Counted from the first letter of the whole stretch, positions 51,357 through 63,057 are shown. The stretch is DNA of 63,317 nucleotides, filler included, from Rhabdomonas costata (GCA_019059605.1; 36 parts of 36 records of this genome joined end to end with filler, not necessarily neighbours in it), one strand, 5' to 3'. Program-made: numbers and translations. Notes: generated from the sequence alone by a model not told the origin.

Positions 51357-52498
51357 GGGGGCTAGGAGTGTACACTGCTGACTCGGAAATGATGCTCGCA
51401 GTGGTCGAGAGCATCATAGACCGCGAGCTCCTGGACGTCAAAGCCGTAACAACTAAATTGGCCGAGGTCTGCCAAACAGCAGGGCACACGCACGCGTTTG
51501 TGTCCTCACTTGCGTGTTCAAGTTGCCGAGAGCTCTAGCATTTTCCTGGTGTGCCGCAGATTGGTAGAAACGTGGATGAAATTCTCATCATCGTCCTTTT
51601 TTGCATTCCATTGCGAACCCTTCGTGGTGTTCAGCAGCACCTTGTGCAATGTTCCTTCCCGTCCGCAGGCATACTCCGACGATACCATTGTCCGGGCCTA
51701 CCCCAACACCCTGCAAGTCATTATTCCACTACTCGTAGGCGGGGAGGACTACCGCAAGACTGGCACTTACTTATGTCCAGAGGTGTCCCTCTCTCCCACC
51801 ACCTCCCCCAACTGATTCGTGCATAAATGAAACGGAGAACCTTGCTTGGTTGCTTGGTGTGCTTGACCAGGGGCACCGTCGTTTTTTTAATTAAGTTGCA
51901 ATGTTTACTGAATATCCTCCCCATCACACATCATTATCGTGGAGCCTTCGCGGCACTCATGGTCACACGTAAACGCATCCACGATGAAGGCATGTTTTCG
52001 TATGCACGCACAGGGTTCAACTCACAACGAGGGACTGACCCGGATCCTTCCCGTGGCTCTGTGCTTCCGTAACGCCCCAGACGAGGTGCTGATGGAGGCC
52101 GTTAAAGGTTTCTCATTGTTTTGGGTGAGTTTCTTTCCCCAATAAATATGCGCTCGCAATTAACTACTAACTGGGGAGCTTGGTGGGCCACTGGCAGAGG
52201 CAGCTTCCCTTCTTTCCCCTCTGCGATTCCGCATGATTCCGGGGAATGGTTGCAATCTCCTCTTTTTGCCTCTTTGGTTGACTTTCCTGCAGCGCTTTTA
52301 TCTTCTGGCTTTCCCCCTCGCTCAGGGATTTTGCTGTGCACTACGGTGCACACCGATGTGATAGGAGCCTGCTTTGTTCTCGCGAAGGCCCTGGCTTTGC
52401 TGGCCACTGAAGACGACCCGGCTTCCTTTGATGGGATGCGGCTCGTGGAGACCCTGCTGGGCAGCACCTCGTGCAACGCGATGCGGGCGCGGCTTCAG
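51357..52498 (+). CDS. ADP-ribosylglycohydrolase (ARH/DraG fold)-like protein, four exons (51357-51466, 51669-51782, 52014-52107, 52326-52498)
   Basis: GVYTADSEMMLAVVESII..LDV..|RAY....GEDYRKTG...PE|GSTHNEGLTRILPVAL..|ILLCTTVH follows the order and spacing of the ARH motifs YTDDT, RGYG, GSxGNGxxMRxxP and TH. All joins are phase-consistent. Confidence 0.75.
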
Positions 52499-53663
52499 GC
52501 GTGCTCTTGGGGTTGCGCTTGTTTGAAGGGACTGCCGACTTACGAGACCTTTGGTGTATTGCGATGCGTGGCGTGCTAGGCAAGTTGTGCACAGATGGAT
52601 GTATGAGAAATATGAGATAACCATTCTGGTCATTAGCTCATCCATGTTTTTGGTGAAGCATGGTGTGAGCGCTGATAGTGAGGTGTGAATGTGCGTTCAG
52701 CTTCTGAGGAAAGCTGCGACCCCCTCGGCCAGTCCGGGTCACTACCACAACACNNNNNNNNNNNNNNNNNNNNNNNNNNNNNNNNNNNNNNNNNNNNTTA
52801 ATTAATTAANNNNNNNNNNNNNNNNNNNNNNNNNNNNNNNNNNNNNNNNNNNNAGCGTTTCCGCTTTTGGGGGTGGGGGTGAATTAGTTTCAGAGAAGGC
52901 CGATAAATCAGGCTACAGTGTAAATTGAATGTCTACAACCTTGTGCATTCATGAAAGGATTGTATTACGCTACCAAAGCCCAGCGGCATATATACAGGCA
53001 AAATTAGACTTCAGTTCGAAACATAAGTGATTGAATACTCGATTTCGGGGTGTAACAAGGCTTACATGTCGTTGAAGGTGTGGTTCAAGTATGTAAAGGT
53101 GGGACACACATATGCTGAAATGAAAAGAGTTTAGTGGGTAAAGAGTGAAAGACAAAACCCTGAAGACAGATGGTGACGCTGCGTGCTTTATGGCACAGTG
53201 AAGTTCCGTCCTTGCACAAACACACAACAACAACAGGAACAAACAGACACAGCTGTAGCTGTCAAAGAAGAAAATCTGAAACACGACTGAAGACGCTGGT
53301 GTCCCATGAAGGGCGACAAAACAAGCGTGAAGAAAGGGCACGTGTATTATGCAGCACACACCTCCGCGTGCTGGTGACGTCGAAAAATTCCCGTTCGTGA
53401 GTTCAGGCAATCCACCGAATCGTCCTGAAAATGCCAGCCAAAGAGCAAGCCAAAAAAAAAAGCAAATGCGCAGCCCAAAAATTGTGAATGCGTGTTGGAT
53501 ACCAATTACGTTATGAACATGGGAAGCAAGGAAGCTAGTGCACAAACAGCATAGCAGGTTGCGAGAATCTTTATAAAAGCAAGATAGTGTCAGGAACCCC
53601 CTGCAAGCAGGGATGAGGGACAAGAGAGGCAAAACTCCGCAGCCACAAACCCCTCCCAACCAC

Positions 53664-54514
53664 CTCTTTTGCGCCGAAGCTGGTTCAGGGCCAGCGTCCA
53701 CTCGTCTGACCACGCCCGCCGCGCGGAGCTCGGCACTTGGAAGAAGGTGTGCAGTTTGAGCTGGAACACCGGCTCCACAGAGGTCAGCAGAGCGTTGCGG
53801 CGAATCAGCGTGGAGTGGCCTGCCAAGACCTCACCTTTTCCATCAGGGGAACTTTGGGCAGAGCAGGGGTACGTGGCATGGCTACCCTCAATCGCAGGCC
53901 TCCCCGTCTTGGAGGAAGGGTCCAAGGTGGTTCGCCGCAGCCAGATCTCACGGTCCTCCCGAAATGCCCTTCGACGCTCACGGTACTGCAACATACAAGA
54001 CAAAAACAACGGCACCGAGAAGAGCAAAATGGGAAGTGGGTGTAAACTGATGCGAACGGACCTTTCGGCCTTCAGTGGTTGGAATAACAGGCATTATGCG
54101 GAGGATCAGTTTCGTTTTGCCCAAGCCTCGCGGCATACATGTGGGGAAAGTGGGTGAGTGAGTGAGAGGCAGCCTGCCGTGGTTGTCCTGATTAACGTAT
54201 TCTTCAAATCCATTCTGTTGCAAGCAACCGAACAAGGAAAGGGGGGCAAAAAAAACAATCATGGCTCGTCGCGCATCACACACCAATTTCATCACCATCT
54301 CTTCTACAGCGCCGTGCACATATGCCTTCGTCCGCAAGGAATACCTGCAAAAAAAAATTTGCAAGAGCTCTACACACAAAGTGAAAGCAAGAAATTTTTT
54401 TTACGGGGAGATTTATGCACGTACCAAAGCGGCTCCATCCCGAACTCCCGCGCCATCGCGGCCTCCTTCTCGTTCAGCTTGTACCCCTGCGTGTATCTCG
54501 CCTGCCAACCCCAC
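53664..54514 (-). CDS. Three exons of a hypothetical protein
   Basis: Phase-consistent GT-AG joins: WQARYTQGYKLNEKEAAMAREFGMEPLW|YSLRTKAYVHGAVEEM|YRERRRAFREDREIWLRR... Confidence 0.55.
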
Positions 54515-56100
54515 NNNNNNNNNNNNNNNNNNNNNNNNNNNNNNNNNNNNNNNNNNNNTTAATTAATTAANNNNNNNNNNNNNNNNNNNNNNNNNNNNNN
54601 NNNNNNNNNNNNNNTGTGTTGTGTGTGTTTTCTTTTTGCGCGTGCTCGGTGGGTGAGCCGAAGGTTTGTATGGGTTTCTATGGTGGTTTCTATGTATGTA
54701 CATGTTCACCTTGGACCATGGATTTTGTGTGGTCCATGGCGCGTCCCAACCCATTCGCCTGTCCCGCCTGTCCCGGCCGCGTTGCAGACAAACCGCTGCC
54801 TCTAAAATAGTATTGTGTCATTTTGCCAAGGAATGCCCCACAAAGACAATTCCAAAATCCTCAAAAGCCCCCAAAAAAGAGCAAAGAGTAAGTCATGCCG
54901 CGGAGTCCAGGGTGGCTAGGGGATCGCCGTCGAATTCCCCGCGATACGCGGATCGGACACCCAAGTAGGCACGGGGAACATCCGATGGCGAATCCATGAT
55001 CGGAGCACGCGCATGGTCGGCGAACCCATGGCGTCGTACATCGGAGTCGCCGGGGGCATGCGGTTCGCCCGTTATTCCGAGGCGAGTCGTGTAAAGAAAT
55101 TAACGGAACCAAAAGTCGGCCCCCACGCCCACAAAACACGATAAACACGATAAACACGAACGTTCGATAAGTCCCGCGGTTAAACTAAGCTTCTACCACA
55201 TTTACATAGGTAACCCGCCGGGCGGAACTTCCAACCGCTTTAAGACCTTCCCTTACAACGGCGTATTTGTGCTCGCCTTCTCTTGTGCAAACTTCAAGGA
55301 AAAAAGCTCCCTGCAAACGCCGGCCAGAATGAGCGAACGAAACCCCAGTGTGGGGTTTTCTGCGCCTGCAATGTTTAAGGGGAGACCATGGCAAAGTTCT
55401 TTAGAAGATTGCCGATGCAGTTTATATCTCTCCGTGGACATTTTATTTAAAAACTAATCTCTTTTGCACGAGGAAATTTCTACTATTTCCACTATTTCCA
55501 CTGGAATGCTCTCGGTGTGAATCTAGAAATCATGGCGTTTTCCACCTTCCCAAATTTGCTGTGGACGCCTCGCTCAAAAGGGGATTGCTAACAATTGTTG
55601 TAAGAGGTTTGCTGTCACATTATGGACATATGTGGCGTATATGGAAAACCAGTGATTAAACATAAAATGGGCATTTTATGTTTAATACTACGTCCTGTAG
55701 TTTCTGTTGAAGAATTTGGAAAGCCTTTGGTGTTGACTATTCTTGTGTGGGTGCAATAACGTTTAATGGTAACTTATTGCCCACTATAAAAACGGGTCAG
55801 TTGACATTCACTTAGCATTGAAAGTGGATAAAATTGTACAGGAGGTGTCCATTTTCACCCGAGTACATCCATGTCTGCTCAATTCTTTTCGAGTTCTATG
55901 AAATACTCGCTTTTGGGCTTTAATTTGGGAGTAAAAACTGAATTTTTTGCCTCCATATGTCTGTTTCTTTTGCTAGCCTCGCTGGGCTTTTGTCCGATTC
56001 GTTGAACCAATGACATGAAACCTGTTTTGTGTCTGATTTTCCAAAGCAAAAATTTCGCAATTTATTACTTTTAATCCATTGGTGCACTGGTGTAGTTTGC

Positions 56101-56265
56101 GCAGTATAATTTACTGTACTAATTGGTAGTTGCTGCAAGGGGTCTCAAGGAAACACGCAGGCAATGCTGAACTTGGTTGTGAATTTTTAGGGTGAACTGT
56201 TTTGCCTGCGTGTTTCCTTGAGACCCCTTGCAGCAACTACCAATTAGTACAGTAAATTATACTGC
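56101..56265. repeat. Perfect 64-bp inverted repeat with a 37-nt loop at a contig end
   Basis: 56101-56164 is the exact reverse complement of 56202-56265. Confidence 0.9.
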
Positions 56266-57943
56266 ACAAACACANNNNNNNNNNNNNNNNNNNNNNNNNN
56301 NNNNNNNNNNNNNNNNNNTTAATTAATTAANNNNNNNNNNNNNNNNNNNNNNNNNNNNNNNNNNNNNNNNNNNNGTGGTGGGTGTGTTTGGTTTGTGGGG
56401 TCCTCGTTCACAGAGGGGGCGCTTGAGGACGGCAGCGAGGCATCCACCGAGGCCTCGGCCAGCATGCCGGGACTGAGGAGTGCGAGAAGTGCGGGAAGGA
56501 AGGAAGGAAGGGGGAGGGGGGTGAGCGATAGGTGCTGGTGTGAAAGCTGGCATGCAGCCTTCGTTCACATCAATACTGGGGTCAAAGGAGAGGGGCAGGG
56601 AACACTTGTTTAACTCTGTCATACAGATGGTTTTGGTTCATCTGCAGGCATCGGCCCCTGCGGAACGTATCCTGTTGTTCGGACGCAGCAGATAAGTGCA
56701 CTGACGAGTGCGGTGCTTGATGTCATGGTTTTCCTTTCGCTTTGGTCTCTGGGAAAGGCAACGGAAGGTTGAGTGAGCCCCACAAAAAAGCAAGACTCCC
56801 AGATGGTGGTGGGATTGGAAAAATAAGGTCTGAGTGACGAAAGCCGCCTGGCATGTTGGTACATGGGTTGTAAAGGACAAGGAAAGGGCACCAACCAATA
56901 AGATCACAACCATCTTCCTCGGTTGGTTTTCTCTAAAGTCCTTCAGTGACCGACCGTGTCCCAACAAAAAGTGTGAAAGTTTCCCTGTGCAAAGACTAAT
57001 TACAGAGGCAGGACCACATACCCCTTCCTGCGCGGCCTCTTGACAGGGGCAAGAACTTGCACCCGGGTTGCCTGTGGGCCTGCCGAAGAGGATGCGAAAA
57101 TGACACAACACAGACAATCCCCGATGGAATTCCCGCAAAGCAGTGTTGCAAGTCACCACCATATCAAACCAGCAAAGTATGTGTCCGTGTGTCCATAGGG
57201 TGGGCGGGACAGGCGGACTCCAGATCTGTTGTGTGGTGAGGAGGGGTGCCTCACAAGAGTATTATGGAGGCCTCCAATGCCGTGCGCTGCATACTATTAT
57301 CCTTTTTTGTGCTTCTTCTGTGACCCTTCTCTGTCAACAATCCATGTTCGTCAACGTTTAAGAAAAAGAAAAGTTTTCGGGAGCAGTAAATAAAGTCAGT
57401 AAAGTCAGCTTCTTCTCCCACGCCCATCACGGTCAACCTCAGGCGTCCCCACACCCCCAGCTGACCTCTGCAACTTCCAAGTGGGAACACATATAACACA
57501 AAGAGAAGCCAACTTATCTTGAACACTGAGGTAACGCGCTTTCCCCACACTTTGGCGAGGAGGGGGGAAGGGGCAGTCCCTCCCATAACCTTTGGTGCTT
57601 GGAGTAACGTCCATCTCCACCTCGGTGTCGGGGAGGAGTTGTGAGTTCCTGGGCTCCACCACACGGCTGAAGAAGAACACCCCCAGGCCCGTCTCTGCGG
57701 CCACGCACTGGCCGCATTGGCGGCGGCGGCTGAACCACTTTACTCGGCCCCTCATAGTTCCCAGCGGTGGCTGCAGCTCCCCACTCCCGGTCGCCTCTGC
57801 GAAAGCACGAGAGACATCCCAAATCACGCTTCTAAGCTCAGACTGCCTCGGCCCTCAGGGGTCACATTTTGGGGGGTCACAGTTGGGGTCGGGGGAGGCG
57901 TTAGACGACCCTTAGACGTCTAACATCCATGTAACACACGCCC

Positions 57944-58035
57944 CTTCTGTTGGAATCCCAGGGGACACGTGTGTCGCCTTCTTAACCCCCTGCAAAGCTT
58001 CTATTGGAATCCCAGGGGACACGGGTGTCGCCTTC
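57944..58035 (+). repeat. Start of a 54-bp-unit tandem repeat (minisatellite) at a contig end
   Basis: CTTCTrTTGGAATCCCAGGGGACACGkGTGTCGCCTTC occurs at 57944 and 57998. Confidence 0.8.
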
Positions 58036-58163
58036 NNNNNNNNNNNNNNNNNNNNNNNNNNNNNNNNNNNNNNNNNNNNTTAATTAATTAANNNNNNNNN
58101 NNNNNNNNNNNNNNNNNNNNNNNNNNNNNNNNNNNGGTGGGGGGACATGTGGCGACAGCATAC

Positions 58164-59299
58164 TCTGTGCTCTGCGCAAGCTCGACCGCGTCAAAACCAT
58201 TGTAAACGCTGTCGACCGCGGAAATGCCAACATGAGCAAGTTGTCTGCAGAGCAAAAACAAAAATCGAAAACGAAAGATTGGGTCTGACGGCAACCAATC
58301 ACTTCCTCAGCTGGTGTTTCGACATTCCGGGGAAATCCTCCGACCCGAACAATGCAAAAATCAGAACGGTATCGAAGGCAATATGGAAACAGCAAAGTCA
58401 GGGCAAGACAGAAGCGTAGTTCATTTATCTAGAATCCGGAAATCAGAAATCACTATAGGTGAAATCAGAAGGGGATTCAAATTGTCAACAAATACGCCAT
58501 CGACGTAACGAGAAACGAGAAACGAGAAACGCAGAAACCTAATAAAGAGCGCGTGGTTGACGCTGTTGTCCTCTGCCAGAAGCACCCGAACTCTCTGGCC
58601 TCCTTCCTGCTTGGGATCCGGCTCAAGCATGTTCCCTGAGCCGTTGCTGGCAGTGTCTGAGCCACCAAGGTCATTGAAAGCCATCAGGCACGCCCGAAGC
58701 TCGGCGACATCGATGGGGGACCTGAGCGTCACATCCTGAGCATTAGCCGGGCTAGGGGTGTACAGCTGCGCCTGCGAAACCACCACACAGATCAGGCTGC
58801 CCTGCTGCCTCCACTGGGAAACCTGCTCCGCGCCCAGCTGCGGTACCGCGGTAAACACCACGTCCGGGGGGACCTCAGGGATACAACCGGGGCCGAAGAC
58901 ACACGCCCCGATGTACCTCAGCAAGTTGGCCAGAGCGCTCCGACGAGCACCATCCTCCTCGAGGATCACCGCAGTGCAGGAAAGCCACCCCGCCAGGTTT
59001 TTGACGACCGGGGCAGAGATCTCCATGCAGAACCCAGCACCCAGACCCTCTTCTGGGCTGCATGCGGTGATGGAGCCCCCCATTTGGGTCACCAGGTGTT
59101 GGCAAACCATTAGCTCCGTGTCGTCCCCTCCTGCAAGAGCTGGGTCACAGCTCTTGATGAAAAGGCGTCCATTTTTTAGTTCCCCTGGCGTTCCCGCTGC
59201 CGTGTCTGTAACGTTGATGATGAGCTTTGCCTGGAAAGAGCTCCAGTCAACTGCAACATTAACGCGGTCGTCATGGCAATGTTGAGTGCGAATTGGCGT
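58164..59299 (-). CDS. C-terminal part of a hybrid histidine kinase-like protein (degenerate HATPase_c, pseudo-receiver, receiver); exons about 59299-58539 and 58244-58164
   Basis: LIINVTDT..G...LF...VCQHLVTQMGGSI...GLGAGF (HATPase fold), then RVLLAEDNSVNHALFIR|QLAHVGISAVDSVYNGFDAVELAQ (a receiver domain split by a phase-2 GT-AG intron). Confidence 0.8.
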
Positions 59300-59954
59300 C
59301 TGCGTTTGGTTTGGTGTTGTGATTCTAAACTTCTGTTTTTTTCTTCGGTTCAGTGCATTCAATGAAGTTGGTTTTCCATTGCAGTAGTGCTTTGATACGA
59401 CCGTTCTTCAGTTTTTTCTTCACCTTTTTTATAGACTTTTATTATTTGCATATTATTTTATAATTTTTCTCGGATCCCGGATGCGTCCAGCGTCCAGATT
59501 GAATGGACAAAGCCAAAGCCAAAGGCAAGGCTCCGGCCGCGCGAGGAGGAAGACGAGAGGGAGGCCCACCTCGGGTGGGAAGCACAAGCTGGCGCCTCTT
59601 CCTCAGCCGGTAGTACCACCGCAGCAACGGCCCCAGCGCGGCCACCCCCAGCACACTGCTGAGCACGGCCGCTACCACCACCACGTTGCTCGACCACGAG
59701 CTCCCCGCGGCTGCAGCAGAGTACAGTCGGGCAGTCCGCAAAAAAAGAAGCACAGAAAAAAAGCTTGGGCCGATCCCAACGCTAAACGAAGTGACNNNNN
59801 NNNNNNNNNNNNNNNNNNNNNNNNNNNNNNNNNNNNNNNTTAATTAATTAANNNNNNNNNNNNNNNNNNNNNNNNNNNNNNNNNNNNNNNNNNNNGTTGT
59901 GGGGGCAATCAGATCGGCGAAGAATACAGGCCTCCATCAGAATGCTACTCACAA

Positions 59955-61094
59955 TTAGAAGGTAAAGTTGGGGAAGAAAGAGGAAGTTGCAAGTGTCTGC
60001 AATCCAACGTCACCAATCTGGTTATGGCTCACATCCAAGGAGGACAGGTTGGGGAAGAAGCAGGAAGCTGCGAGTGCTTGCATTCCTGCATCGCCGATCT
60101 GATTGCCGCTCAAATCCAAGAGGGAAAGATTGGGGAAGTGAGAGGAAGCTGCAAATGGTTGCATCCCTGTGTCGCCGATCTGATTACCACTGACACTCAA
60201 GGAGGACAGCTTCGGAAATAAAGAAGAAGATGCAAATGCTTGCATTCCTGCATCGCCGATCAGACTGGAGTTGAGAAACAAGTGCGCAAGGTTGGAGAAG
60301 AAAGAGGAAGCTGCAAGCGCTTGCATCCCCACATCACCAATCTGACTGCCGCTCAAACTCATCAAGAACAGGTTGGGGAAGAAGCAGGAAGTTGCAAGCG
60401 CGTGCAATCCAACATCGCCAATCTGATTGCCGCTCAAATCCAAGGAAGAGAGGTTCTGGAAGAAAGAAGAAGCTGCAAGTGCTTGTACTCCTGCATCGCC
60501 GATCTGATTGCGGCTCACATTCATAAAGGACAGATTCGAGGTGAAAGAGGAAGCTGCAAATGCTTGCATTCCCGTATCGCCGATCTGATTGCCGCTCATA
60601 TCCAAGAAGCACAGGTTGACTAACAAAGAGGAACCTGCAAGGAACTGCAATCCCACATCGCCAATCAGATTTTCGCTCACATCTATGGAGGACAGGTTGG
60701 GGAATAAATTGGATGCTGAAAGCGCCTGCAAAACCGCATCCCCCATCTCATTCCCTCGGATATGAAGAGATTTGAGGTTGGGAAACAAGCGGGAAGAGTT
60801 GTGCGCAGCCAGCTCCGCACCGACCCAAAGCAACTGTTCCAAGAGCTTCTTGTTTTTCACCGAAATCACCGCCCCGGAGCAAGCTAGTCGCAAGCTCTGA
60901 GCCGAAATGCGCTCATACGTGACGCCGAGGGTCTCTGGGAGGCAAAGGGCAACCTGCCACTCCGGGGCGAGATATTCGTCAACCACCTCTTGAAACTGCT
61001 TGCACACCAGCCGAAGGCTGAGCTGCAGTATTCGACCCAGAAACCGAAAGCTGCAAGCCAGTGCGTCCTCGGAAAGGGAAAGAGACGACGTCAT
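59955..61094 (-). CDS. Intronless F-box-like plus LRR protein (ten 27-aa repeats)
   Basis: The N-terminus LSEDALACSFRFL....LSLRLVCKQFQEVV is F-box-like. The repeat consensus is FPNLSSLDLSGNQIGDAGMQALAASSF. Confidence 0.85.
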   Translation of the reverse strand: MTSSLSLSEDALACSFRFLGRILQLSLRLVCKQFQEVVDEYLAPEWQVALCLPETLGVTYERISAQSLRLACSGAVISVKNKKLLEQLLWVGAELAAHNSSRLFPNLKSLHIRGNEMGDAVLQALSASNLFPNLSSIDVSENLIGDVGLQFLAGSSLLVNLCFLDMSGNQIGDTGMQAFAASSFTSNLSFMNVSRNQIGDAGVQALAASSFFQNLSSLDLSGNQIGDVGLHALATSCFFPNLFLMSLSGSQIGDVGMQALAASSFFSNLAHLFLNSSLIGDAGMQAFASSSLFPKLSSLSVSGNQIGDTGMQPFAASSHFPNLSLLDLSGNQIGDAGMQALAASCFFPNLSSLDVSHNQIGDVGLQTLATSSFFPNFTF

Positions 61095-62706
61095 CTCTTT
61101 ACCGTCAACAACGTTAAGAAAAGTGTGTAAAAGAAGAAAAGGAGAAGGTGACTCTCCTAATGTCTGCAAGCCCCTAACACGACACATGACCCGTCCCGTG
61201 AATACCGCCAATTCCTTGCCCCCCTGTTGAGACCTTTCTTTTACTTGCCTTTAAGGGCACATCGCCCGGTTCCAATCACTCGCGCTCTCCGCCGGGAGCG
61301 GGAACCCCTAAACTCCTCTCCCAAGCTCTAAGCAATCCATACCTCATACCAATCCATACTCGTGCAGCCTCCAAAACGGTTTGAGCTTTGCAGTAGTGCG
61401 CGTCCAGAATGCTCGCAGCTGCACGGGAAGACGCAAAGCAGGTAACATGCTCAGAACCTCTCTTTTACTCCGCCCTCCAGCAGCTGCCCCAACACCGTGC
61501 CCCTAGCACCGTGCACCGCGAAGTTCAGCGCCACCCGCCAGTATAGCCAAAACCCANNNNNNNNNNNNNNNNNNNNNNNNNNNNNNNNNNNNNNNNNNNN
61601 TTAATTAATTAANNNNNNNNNNNNNNNNNNNNNNNNNNNNNNNNNNNNNNNNNNNNGTGTTGGTTGTTTTCCACCTTTCCCCATCCTTGGCAAAGCTGGA
61701 AAATAACCAACGAACGAACTGAATGCTATTGCGAATGAAAAAGGAAACACACACGGGCGAAAGTATGATTTATTACAGTGCAACGTTTTGAACACCTCTC
61801 GCAACGTAAAACGCACTCAGACTCCGCCCGAAGTTGGCAAGTAGCAATGGCCAAAGAAAAAGTGAACAGTTGAGCGACCACTGTCCAAAGAACTGCACCA
61901 TCACATGAGAAATTTTGCTATTGTAATATTGTTCTGATGCTGATGCGGGCTCGGATGCATTTTTGTCCGCCCGCGGATAAGTGGTCGCTAGAGCAGGGAG
62001 GCCGCAGAGCGGCAGGCCTGTGACAACTGCAGAGACCATTTTGCCTATGCTTGTAAAACTGATGCATCCGAAGAACATTGGAAGAATGTCGACTCACATG
62101 GAGGGGGGAGGGGGGGATGGAGCCTGACTGCAGAAGGCTGCGCTACACGTGCCCAGGGTGGCCCGAACAGCTCGAGAAGGTGCAACGAAAGAACGGGACA
62201 GGTGCACACTGTCCCGCATCACTCTCGTTGGCAGCAGCCATAAAGCCGGACAGGGCAGGTGCACTCTCAAGAGGCTGGTGGGAAGCGAAGGTTTGACGGA
62301 GAGGAGGGACAGGGAAACCACCACATTCGAAAAACACAAACACAGATACAGCGAATAGCCCGAGTTCCCGGGGAAGGGAGGGGCAAAGGAATATAAAGAC
62401 CGAAAATAACTCATCCCAGGGAGACGAGCAATAGGAAAAACTCAGCCAGGTCACAGTGATACAGGGAGGGCTGGCAGGATAACGAATTCACACACACACA
62501 CACACACACACACAGTCACATTGAACTTTGAACTGTTGACGTTGAATTGAACTGAACATTGAGCACCCCACATTGAACATAGAGGTCGGTGCAACCCCCC
62601 TCTCCTTCTCTCTCTGAACCCAGCGGAATTGCTTCTTCCATAATCCGAATCCAGGGGATGCAGGGGATTTTATGGGTTGTTAGGCAACCATCTTTTTGTC
62701 AAACAG

Positions 62707-63057
62707 ATCCGGGTGATGTGGCCTCCTTCAACAAGCAGTGCAGAGCTACCCTGCCGGCTCTGCTGGAAGTTGCTGACTCAAAAACAAATGATTTCGAAGT
62801 TGCACGTAAGTGCGTCACCATCCTGAAAGAGTTCTCCTTTGAAGACGGTACATCGCCACTTTGCGTTGGCCATGCCCAACCACAACCGCTTTGATTGGGC
62901 GGATTAACTTGTTCTGCTTCTCCTGCAGCTGCAAACTGTCACCTGCTCGGAACCAGCGGTGTCGTTGAGATTGCGCTCCGCCTTGCCGAGAAGCAAGTGC
63001 ACGATGTTGGCTTCGTCTCCCATGTCTTTGGCCTTTTGGTCAACCTCTCTGTTCAAG
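62707..63057 (+). CDS. Two exons of an armadillo/HEAT-repeat protein (62707-62847, 62929-63057)
   Basis: LPALLEVAD....EVARKCVTILKEFSFED|AANCHLLGTSGVVEIALRL...HVFGLLVNLSVQ, joined by a phase-1 GT-AG intron. Confidence 0.7.

Noticed and set aside
59442..59753. TM-like exon as the sensor part of the downstream histidine kinase
   Set aside because: The splice phase does not match and no HisKA domain lies between them, so its relationship to the kinase is unresolved.
1664..61656. Regularly spaced TTAATTAATTAA as a CRISPR-like or biological repeat array
   Set aside because: It is always centred in 44+44 N and serves as a six-frame-stop scaffolding linker.
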